A stretch of 64,000 nt of DNA from an uncultured Bacteroidales bacterium (lineage in GTDB: Bacteria > Bacteroidota > Bacteroidia > Bacteroidales > FEN-979): contig CAIWXI010000135.1 of the NCBI GenBank assembly GCA_903916595.1, positions 8,584-72,583 of the forward strand, in the 5' to 3' direction. A model generated the notes under the pieces. It had not been told where the DNA came from, ran no database searches, and was given only the letters and a program-made list of their open reading frames with translations. Both the position numbers and the translations under genes were made by a program. Shown here piece by piece: positions 37,437 through 45,050 of this stretch. Within the stretch, counting starts at the first letter, position 1, and each line of letters starts with the position of its first letter.

Positions 37437-37441
37437 GAATT

Positions 37442-39259
37442 ATGTCCAAACTCCTCACCCTCTCAACCCTTCTGCTCCTTCTCGGCATGTATGCTTTCCC
37501 CCAGGCACACACTTTCAGGATAGGTGAAGGCGACTTCATGCTCGACGGCAAACCTTTCCAGATCATCAGCGGGGAGATGCATTTTGCCCGTATCCCCCGA
37601 GAATGCTGGCGTGAACGGCTGCATATGGCCAAAGCCATGGGGCTGAATACAGTGGCTACTTATGTGTTCTGGAATTACCATGAGACCGAAAAAGGGAAGT
37701 ACAACTTCAAAGGAAACGCAGATGTAGCCGAATTCTGCCGACTGGCCAAACTGGAGGGATTATGGGTGATCATTCGACCAAGTCCATACGCCTGCGCCGA
37801 ATGGGAATGGGGAGGATATCCCTGGTGGCTGATGAGGGAGAAAGGACTGAAAGTGCGTAGTCAGGATCCGCGTTTTATGGATATGAGCCGGAAGTATTTC
37901 AAAGCACTGGCTAAACAACTTGGTCCTCTCCAGGTCACTAAAGGCGGTCCCATCATCATGGTCCAGATAGAAAATGAATATGGGTCCTATGATAAGGACA
38001 AGGTATACCTGGGTAAATACCGTGACATCTATAGGGAGGTCGGCTTCGACGTTGATCTGTACACCTGCGACGGCCCTTCCCAGATGCCAGCGGGTTACCT
38101 GCCCGGGGTCCTTCCTGCTGTAAACGGTCTCGATAATGTGAAAGAAGTTAAGGAGCTGATCAATAAATACAATAACAATCACGGGCCTTATTTCATTGCC
38201 GAATGGTACCCTGCATGGTTCGATTCCTGGGGATTGAAGCACCATGTCGTTCCTTACGCAGATTTCATTCATACATATGATACAGTGCTGGCTGCCGGAT
38301 TGTCGATCAATATCTATATGGCTCATGGCGGCACTACCCGCTGGTTCTGGAACGGGGCCAATATGAGCCGCAAGGAACCATATATGCCCCAGACTTCCAG
38401 CTACGACTATGATGCTCCCATTGATGAAGCCGGAAATGCCACCCCGAAACTTATGGCAATGAGAGAGGTGATCATGAAGCATCTTCCTCCACAAACAGTC
38501 CTGCCTGATGTGCCGGCGAAAAAACCATCAATGGCTGTCCCTGAGTTCAGACTTGATCAATCCTGCCCTTTGTTCAACAACCTGCCGTCGGCAATCCATG
38601 TTTCAAGGCCCCTGAGTTTTGAAGACTATGGACAGGGCTACGGTTATATGTTGTACCGCACACGAATCAAAGGCCCGGCCAAAGGGATTCTGAAGATATT
38701 GCAGATGCGTGATTATGCCATGGTTTATCTCGATGGAAAACGAATTGCCATTCTCGACCGCCGTCTGAAACAGGATTCTCTGGAACTGGATGTAACGGAG
38801 GAAGGAGCCCGGCTCGATATCCTCGTTGAAAATAACGGCAGGATAAACTACGGATATTACCTGAACGATAACAAACAAGGTATCACCGAAAAAGTCAGTT
38901 TAAACGGGAAAGAGATCAGGGGCTGGACCATGTACGGGTTTCCGATGAAGGATCTGAAAGGGCTTAAATTTTCTACACAAAAAAACACTTCGGGGCCTGT
39001 TTTCCGTAAAGGAATTTTTACCGTGGACGAGCCTGCCGATACCTATGCCGACATGAGTCGCTGGGGCAAGGGACATGTATGGATCAACGGCCGCAGCATA
39101 GGGAAATACTGGAACATAGGACCTCAGCAAACATTATATGTTCCTGCTCAATGGCTGAACAAGGGACAGAACGAAATAGTCATTATCGAAGAAATAAAAC
39201 CAGAGCAGGAAGCAATTCAGTTCCTGGATCATCCGGTCCTGGATGAGCTAAAGCCCTGA
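37442..39259 (+). CDS. Glycoside hydrolase family 35 beta-galactosidase, exported
   Basis: 605 aa with a signal peptide. Has GEMHFARIP, the acid/base region MVQIENEYG and a typical GH35 layout. Confidence 0.9.
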   Translation: MSKLLTLSTLLLLLGMYAFPQAHTFRIGEGDFMLDGKPFQIISGEMHFARIPRECWRERLHMAKAMGLNTVATYVFWNYHETEKGKYNFKGNADVAEFCRLAKLEGLWVIIRPSPYACAEWEWGGYPWWLMREKGLKVRSQDPRFMDMSRKYFKALAKQLGPLQVTKGGPIIMVQIENEYGSYDKDKVYLGKYRDIYREVGFDVDLYTCDGPSQMPAGYLPGVLPAVNGLDNVKEVKELINKYNNNHGPYFIAEWYPAWFDSWGLKHHVVPYADFIHTYDTVLAAGLSINIYMAHGGTTRWFWNGANMSRKEPYMPQTSSYDYDAPIDEAGNATPKLMAMREVIMKHLPPQTVLPDVPAKKPSMAVPEFRLDQSCPLFNNLPSAIHVSRPLSFEDYGQGYGYMLYRTRIKGPAKGILKILQMRDYAMVYLDGKRIAILDRRLKQDSLELDVTEEGARLDILVENNGRINYGYYLNDNKQGITEKVSLNGKEIRGWTMYGFPMKDLKGLKFSTQKNTSGPVFRKGIFTVDEPADTYADMSRWGKGHVWINGRSIGKYWNIGPQQTLYVPAQWLNKGQNEIVIIEEIKPEQEAIQFLDHPVLDELKP

Positions 39260-39269
39260 GCTTTGTATA

Positions 39270-41789
39270 CTACTTTCTTCCTCCACCAGCCGGGCGTGTA
39301 CCACTACCACCTCCTGAAGGCCGGTTGCCGCCACCGCCAGTCCTCATAGACCCACTGCTGCCCGAGGTGCGACTGCCTCCACCACTGCTGCGATCAAAAC
39401 TGTTATGGTTCTGGTTCATCTGTTGGCCACGGTCCCGGCTCTGGCTCTGACGGTCCATTGATGAACGGTCAAATCCTGAATTGCTTCCACCTCCCCGGTT
39501 TGCCGGCTGCTGGGATGGCTGTCCTGCAGGCCTTGCCGACCCATCCTGTCGTCCGGGCTGGGTCGAAGGCTGCTGCCCCTGGCGTCCACGGCCCTGGTCA
39601 ACGTTCTGCCAACTCTTTCCGTCATTTTTCTGCCAGTTGTTGTCCTGGCCCTTGCGGTATACGTCCCCGTTTTTATCGGTGAAGACATCGTTCCTGGTAT
39701 TGGGCGCTGTTCCGGCCCGGTTCCCGGTTGACTGTCCAGACCTGCCATCCATCTGGCCCTGGCCTGGCCTGCTGCCTGGCTGAGCCTGTCCAGACCTGCC
39801 ATCCATCTGGCCCTGGCCCTGACCCGGTCTGCTGCCTGGCTGAGCCTGTCCTGACTGTCCCTGGCCCGGCCTGCTGCCCGGATTAGTTCCCGGTCTGCTG
39901 CCAGGATTAGTGCCTGGCCTGCTGCCCGGATTAGTTCCCGGCCGGGAATTTGTGCCTGGTCCCGGTCTTACACCGTTCTGGTGGTTGTTATAGACGTTAT
40001 TCCGGTTGTAGTAATTGTTGTTGACATTTACGTTGACATAGGTATTCCTGTATACTGGAGGGCGCGGGCCATAGAAATGGTTATAGGGAGGGCAAAATGG
40101 CGGATGGTACATGGGCGGTCCCCACCAACCACCAGGATGTGGTCCGTAGAAACCAACACTCATAAACCCGACCGACATGCCAAACCCGAAACCCCAGCCT
40201 GTCCAGGGGTTGTAGCTCATCGCAAAACCATATGTGGCGGGCCTTGGATAGTAATAGGGCCCGTACCAGGGATTATAATAAAAGCCTGTGCCGTAAACGA
40301 CCGTCGGACCATATACGTAGCATCCTGTATAACCAGGCAGGTATCCCACATAAACCACTTCGGGAGTTGATTCGTAAATGTAAACGTACTTCACGTTGTA
40401 AGCAGGATCTTCGGGCGGAATGTTCTGAATGTCGGGAGGTATTTCTGTAGCAACTGCCCAGGGACCTGAAGGTGTATTTCCCATAAACCAAACCGCATTA
40501 TCGCAAACGTAATAACTCTTACCAGCCATGATTACGGTACTCTTTGTATTGGCCGCCCTGTACAACAAGGTTCCCTTTATCTGGACAAATTTAGGATCCC
40601 CGTCATAAGACACCTTGCATGTGGCTGTCTTGCGGTCAACAGCCGCGGTCTGGGGAATCTGCGCATCCATTACGGCCTCCTTTGCAGCCTCCGTTCCTGC
40701 AACTGAAGCCAATACCTGGTCTTTGTCGGAACCTTCAGGAATTTTAGCGAAATCAACAGGAAGTTTATCGGAAGAAACATAGCTCCATGGACCGGCCATT
40801 GCTGCTGAAGAATACCACCGGCCAGAGATCAGCACATAATACATCTGCTTGTCGATAAACATGAAAATATTGTTCTCGCTGTTGGTCATGTACAGCAGCT
40901 GGGTTCCCTGTATGGGAGCAAAATCAGGTTCGCCGCTCGACTGGACCAGCTCTGCCGGTGTGGTCCTCACAATGATCTGGGGAGCAGTGGCAGGTGGTGT
41001 TTTATCTGCGGATTTGCGGCTGAGGGATGCTGACTGCTGACTGCTGTCGGCGTTCTGTTTCGACTGTGCAGCCAGATTCTCCTGCAATTTTTTAATGTCC
41101 TGGGGAGGCTCGTTTATATTGATCCATTTGCCTTTAACAACATCGTTGCTTTTAAACCACCAGGTACTTCCGTAAAGATAATATTGCCTGTCGCCGGGAT
41201 CCTGGACCACGAAAAAAGGTGTATTCACAGCCTGAGTGATCTTTGAACCAGGGACTGGTTTGAAGTTCGGAACACCATCAAAAAGGACCAGTACTGAAGG
41301 GGTCTTTGTAAAAATGATCTCGGGCGGGTCGTTATTCAGTCCGGAAGCCTGCCGGTTTAGGGCCTTCCCATCTTTCAGACTGGCATTCAGCTCATCAATA
41401 GTGAGGTTCAGATTCCATTTGGGGATCTCCGTCTCCAGAGTGTTCTTGAACTTTTGGATTTTGCCGGAGTCTGTCTGGTTAGGGAATCTCACATTCAGTA
41501 TGTTTACGCTGCTCAGGCTAACATCCCTGCTCGCGCGATCTACTTCAATGGAAGTCATAAACCATATAGCGCCGAAAACGGGCTGCTGTCCGTTCCTGGT
41601 ATAGGAAACGGCCGCCCGACCGTATAAACTGATCCCTATGAGTGAGTCAGGCTGAGGCTGGTAAACCAGGATCTTACCGTTTGTGGTATTGATCTGCCTG
41701 GGCCAGCCCGACGGAGCCTGCTGCTTCGTCTGGGCAAATACCATAAGGCTTAAACAAGCACTTATGATCAATACACTGATTTTTTTCAT
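39270..41789 (-). CDS. Hypothetical secreted protein with an aromatic/Pro-rich core and a long low-complexity Gly/Gln/Pro/Ser/Arg tail
   Basis: 839 aa with a signal peptide. Tandem peptide repeats include PGSRPGTN x3 and SGQAQPGSRPGQGQ(GQ)MDGR x2. No family recognised with confidence. Confidence 0.7.
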   Translation of the reverse strand: MKKISVLIISACLSLMVFAQTKQQAPSGWPRQINTTNGKILVYQPQPDSLIGISLYGRAAVSYTRNGQQPVFGAIWFMTSIEVDRASRDVSLSSVNILNVRFPNQTDSGKIQKFKNTLETEIPKWNLNLTIDELNASLKDGKALNRQASGLNNDPPEIIFTKTPSVLVLFDGVPNFKPVPGSKITQAVNTPFFVVQDPGDRQYYLYGSTWWFKSNDVVKGKWININEPPQDIKKLQENLAAQSKQNADSSQQSASLSRKSADKTPPATAPQIIVRTTPAELVQSSGEPDFAPIQGTQLLYMTNSENNIFMFIDKQMYYVLISGRWYSSAAMAGPWSYVSSDKLPVDFAKIPEGSDKDQVLASVAGTEAAKEAVMDAQIPQTAAVDRKTATCKVSYDGDPKFVQIKGTLLYRAANTKSTVIMAGKSYYVCDNAVWFMGNTPSGPWAVATEIPPDIQNIPPEDPAYNVKYVYIYESTPEVVYVGYLPGYTGCYVYGPTVVYGTGFYYNPWYGPYYYPRPATYGFAMSYNPWTGWGFGFGMSVGFMSVGFYGPHPGGWWGPPMYHPPFCPPYNHFYGPRPPVYRNTYVNVNVNNNYYNRNNVYNNHQNGVRPGPGTNSRPGTNPGSRPGTNPGSRPGTNPGSRPGQGQSGQAQPGSRPGQGQGQMDGRSGQAQPGSRPGQGQMDGRSGQSTGNRAGTAPNTRNDVFTDKNGDVYRKGQDNNWQKNDGKSWQNVDQGRGRQGQQPSTQPGRQDGSARPAGQPSQQPANRGGGSNSGFDRSSMDRQSQSRDRGQQMNQNHNSFDRSSGGGSRTSGSSGSMRTGGGGNRPSGGGSGTRPAGGGRK

Positions 41790-41800
41790 GACAGAATATT

Positions 41801-42946
41801 TTAATCGTACACTCCGATATACCTTGAGATGACAAGGCGCTGGATCTCGGAAGTCCCTTCACCTATCTGCAGAAGCCGTTGATCACGGTAAAATCTTTCA
41901 ATATCGTAATCTTTCATCAGACCGTAGCCTCCGAAAATCTGAACAGCTTCGTCAGCTACTTCCTTCGCAATTTCCGAACAATAGAGTTTGGCCATGGCTG
42001 CTTCTTTTGCAAATGGCTGGTGATTGGACTTCAGCCAGGCTCCTTTATACAGCAAATTACGTGCCAGTTCTATCTTTGTTGCCATGTCGGCCAGCTTAAA
42101 GGCGTTGATCTGGAAATGCCCGATGGGCTTGCCAAATTGCCTGCGCTCCTTGGAATATTTTAGTGCCATTTCGAAAGCTCCCTGTGCACAACCCAGTCCC
42201 ATGGCTGCAATTGAAAGCCGGCCACTATCAAGGGTGTTGAGCATGATTTTGGACCCTTCTCCTCTCTTGCCGAGGAGGTTACTGGCAGGAACCCTGCAGT
42301 CATCAAAAAACAGCTGGGCTGTATCAGAAGCTCTCCACATCATCTTACCATGCATGGGAACCCGTTTGAACCCAGGGGTTTCTGCATCGACCAGGATGGT
42401 GGAAAATTCCTTGTGCCCGCTCTGCTCTCCGCTAACAGCCTGCACGGTAGCGCCCCTGTTCAAAGAAGATGACCCGTTGGTGATGAAGATTTTGGAACCG
42501 TTGATGACCCACTCGTCGCCTTCCAGTCTCGCGGTGGTTTTAGTTCCGCGTGAATCACTGCCGGCATCCGGCTCGGTAAGCCCGAAAGCCCATAAGCCTT
42601 CACCACTCGATAACATCGGCAGGTATTTCTGCTTCTGTTCCTCGTTGCCGTAATTCATGATTGGTCCTATGCCCAGAGAAATATGGGCTGCAAGGGTGGC
42701 TGCGTGAGAACCGTCTACCCTTGCCATTTCCTCCACGGCGATCACATATGAAAGAGTATCCATATCAAGGCCCCCGTATTCCGGCGATGTCCTTAATGCG
42801 AATAACCCAAGCTCTCCCATGCGCTTGGTTAAAGGGATAGAAAATTCGGCTTTCTCATCCAGTTCACGGGCCAGTGGTTTCACTTCCCGTTCTGCAAAAT
42901 CACGCACAGTCTTGCGTATAGTGTGATGTTCTTCAGTCAATAACAT
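41801..42946 (-). CDS. Acyl-CoA dehydrogenase (isovaleryl-CoA dehydrogenase by context)
   Basis: Typical ACAD sequence (GLTEPDAGSD..., C-terminal IGEGTSEIQR). I place the start at the ATG at 42946 (MLLTEEHH...). The track start at 42985 is TTG. Confidence 0.85.
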   Translation of the reverse strand: MLLTEEHHTIRKTVRDFAEREVKPLARELDEKAEFSIPLTKRMGELGLFALRTSPEYGGLDMDTLSYVIAVEEMARVDGSHAATLAAHISLGIGPIMNYGNEEQKQKYLPMLSSGEGLWAFGLTEPDAGSDSRGTKTTARLEGDEWVINGSKIFITNGSSSLNRGATVQAVSGEQSGHKEFSTILVDAETPGFKRVPMHGKMMWRASDTAQLFFDDCRVPASNLLGKRGEGSKIMLNTLDSGRLSIAAMGLGCAQGAFEMALKYSKERRQFGKPIGHFQINAFKLADMATKIELARNLLYKGAWLKSNHQPFAKEAAMAKLYCSEIAKEVADEAVQIFGGYGLMKDYDIERFYRDQRLLQIGEGTSEIQRLVISRYIGVYD

Positions 42947-43796
42947 GTTTCTGATTTTTAAGTTTTGTTCCCAGTTCAATGGCAATCTTCAGGGCCTCAG
43001 CATCAATCCCTGAGCCCAGCCCGGATTGCTCCGTGAAGATAATTAAATTTTCGGTTTTAAGATTACCCAGCATTTTTTTGTCGGCCATAGGGCATCCGCC
43101 CAATCCGCCGATCACGCTGTCGAACCTCCTGCAACCCTGCAAATATGCGGCATCCACGACTTCAGACCAGTCATCGCCCGAAGTATGAAGATGCAATCCG
43201 AATTCCACGCAAGGAAAATCATGAATGAGCATGGAATAGACATCCGAAACGGTTTCTTTACTCACCGGGACTGATACATTCGAGAGCGGCATGGTCCTTA
43301 CACCCATCTTCTGCAGCCTATCAATGTTGTCGATGAGGAGTTCGTGACTCCATTCTTCGCCGTATGGTGTTCCGAAAGCCATGGAGACATATAGAATAAG
43401 GTTCTTTTCCTTTCTTGTACACAGGTTCAGAAGGTAATCGGTCATCCGCAGTGCATCATCGTATGTAGTATTCATATTGCGTCTGAGGAATTCAGGGGAA
43501 AACGAAAAAGGGTAGGAGATGCAGCTGATTTCCTCCCTTTCGGCAACGAGGTCTGCCCCTTTTTTATTTACCACCAGCATCATCAGCTTTGAACGGCTCG
43601 ATGAAAGGTCAAGCAAGTCAAGCACCTCCATGCTGTTGCTCATCTGGGGAATGGCTCTGGCCGAAACGCTGCTCCCGACCTCAACAGTATCGAAACCCAC
43701 TTTCAGCAAGGCATTGATGTAATCCACCTTTTGCTCCGTCGGAACAAACCGACTAAGTGCCTGCATACCCTCCCTCGGTGATTCGATGATCCTCAT
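42933..43796 (-). CDS. Hydroxymethylglutaryl-CoA lyase
   Basis: HMGL-like: ESPREGMQ, HLHTSGD (HxH) and GGLGGCP. I place the start at the ATG at 43796 (MRIIESP...). The track start at 43811 is TTG. Confidence 0.85.
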   Translation of the reverse strand: MRIIESPREGMQALSRFVPTEQKVDYINALLKVGFDTVEVGSSVSARAIPQMSNSMEVLDLLDLSSSRSKLMMLVVNKKGADLVAEREEISCISYPFSFSPEFLRRNMNTTYDDALRMTDYLLNLCTRKEKNLILYVSMAFGTPYGEEWSHELLIDNIDRLQKMGVRTMPLSNVSVPVSKETVSDVYSMLIHDFPCVEFGLHLHTSGDDWSEVVDAAYLQGCRRFDSVIGGLGGCPMADKKMLGNLKTENLIIFTEQSGLGSGIDAEALKIAIELGTKLKNQKHVID

Positions 43797-43832
43797 TTTA
43801 AAATGCTCCAATTAATTGTTGAAGAAAAAGTT

Positions 43833-43871
43833 GAATATCGAATATTGAACAACGAATTTCGAATATCGAAC
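43833..43871. repeat. Heptamer array GAATATC-type x5 (left arm)
   Basis: Sequence is gaatatc gaatatt gaacaac gaatttc gaatatc gaac. It is the reverse-complement family of 43882-43916. Confidence 0.85.
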
Positions 43872-43881
43872 TAATTTATTT

Positions 43882-43916
43882 CAATGTTCAATATTCAATA
43901 TTCGATATTCGACATT
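43882..43916. repeat. Heptamer array CAATATT / CGATATT x5 (right arm)
   Basis: Sequence is caatgtt caatatt caatatt cgatatt cgacatt. It ends 2 nt before the stop codon (43919-43921) of the HMGL-like gene. Confidence 0.85.
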
Positions 43917-43918
43917 CA

Positions 43919-44929
43919 TCATCCCCGTCCTGTAAGGTTCTTCGGTATTCTCCCATTTTTGATCGCTTCCGACCGTAGCCGGCGGCCGACTATCCGCTCG
44001 ACCATGTTCCCGATCTCGAGCACTTTATCGACATCAAGCTGGGTGTCTATCCCCATCTCATCCATCATCACGACCATATCCTCGGTTGAAACCAGTCCGG
44101 TGATATTGGGATCTTTGTAATAATAGCTTCCGGTGCCGCTCACGGGGACTCCGCTAACGAAATTGGCCGGCTGACCGCCTATTCCACCCATGGTCGATTC
44201 GAAATTGACCATGCCGGCCTGCAAGGCAGCCAGTACATTGGCAAGCCCCCATCCGCGGGTTGTATGGAAATGCACGATCTGCTTTTCGGGCCTGGGTATG
44301 GCATCGAGCAGCATCGAATAGTATTTGTATACCCTGTCGGGCGATGCGCTGCCGTCGTGATCGGCATGTTCCACGTCGTTTGCACCTATCTCGAACCAGC
44401 GTTTGGCAAACTCAATGGCCTTGCTTATCTCGGTGGGCCCTTCGATCGGACAGCCCCAGATCGTGCTTACGGTGCCGTTCACTTTCAGACCTGCTTCCCT
44501 GGCCAATGGAATCCATTTTTCGGCCATGGCCCAGTATTCGGCAAGCGAAAGACCGGAATTCTTCCTGTGATGTGATTCACTGGTCGATACCATCAGCAGG
44601 ATACGGTTTGGCCCCCAGCCTTCTTTCCTGGCCTGAATGGCTCTTTCGATGGCTTTCTCGCGGATGGTGATGGCCGTGATGGAAACCGTGTTGATAAGGT
44701 GTGCTACTTTCTTGCTGCTCCTGATGCCTTTTAGAAGGATATCGGAATCCTTGAACTGAGGCATGCTCTGCGGATTTCCAAGGTTCGTTAATTCAATATG
44801 CTTGTACCCGGCAAGAATGAGCTGCTCTGCAACCCAAACCTTGGCCTCGGTGGGAATAAAGGTTTCCTCATGCTGAAAACCGTCTCTTACGGTAATATCT
44901 CCCAGTGTTACTTTCTTCGGATAATTCAT
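43919..44929 (-). CDS. HMGL-like (pyruvate carboxyltransferase fold) lyase paralog, divergent
   Basis: 336 aa. Has ITVRDGFQHEE (R-D-G-x-Q) and VHFHTTRGWGLANVLAALQAG (HxH). The GGCP motif is replaced by GGIGGQP plus a roughly 20-aa insertion. Confidence 0.75.
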   Translation of the reverse strand: MNYPKKVTLGDITVRDGFQHEETFIPTEAKVWVAEQLILAGYKHIELTNLGNPQSMPQFKDSDILLKGIRSSKKVAHLINTVSITAITIREKAIERAIQARKEGWGPNRILLMVSTSESHHRKNSGLSLAEYWAMAEKWIPLAREAGLKVNGTVSTIWGCPIEGPTEISKAIEFAKRWFEIGANDVEHADHDGSASPDRVYKYYSMLLDAIPRPEKQIVHFHTTRGWGLANVLAALQAGMVNFESTMGGIGGQPANFVSGVPVSGTGSYYYKDPNITGLVSTEDMVVMMDEMGIDTQLDVDKVLEIGNMVERIVGRRLRSEAIKNGRIPKNLTGRG

Positions 44930-44944
44930 GGTTTTGCGTTATTG

Positions 44945-44986
44945 CGTTCTACGTTATTCAATATTCAATATTCGTTATTCGATATT
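44945..44986. repeat. Heptamer block CGTTATT / CAATATT / CGATATT x6
   Basis: Sequence is cgttcta cgttatt caatatt caatatt cgttatt cgatatt. Confidence 0.85.
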
Positions 44987-44994
44987 CATCCGGG

Positions 44995-45050
44995 CGTTCT
45001 AAGTAATTCGACATTCGATATTCAATGTTCGCTATTCGATATTCGTTATT
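44995..45050. repeat. Heptamer block x8, same family
   Basis: Sequence is cgttcta agtaatt cgacatt cgatatt caatgtt cgctatt cgatatt cgttatt. It contains the carboxylase alpha stop codon (tta at 45046-45048). Confidence 0.85.

Noticed and set aside
37244-37438. ORF with FHHFTISP repeats, and the similar ORF at 57780-58025
   Set aside because: They are artefacts of the CACCATTT octamer arrays (8 nt x 3 gives an 8-aa periodicity).
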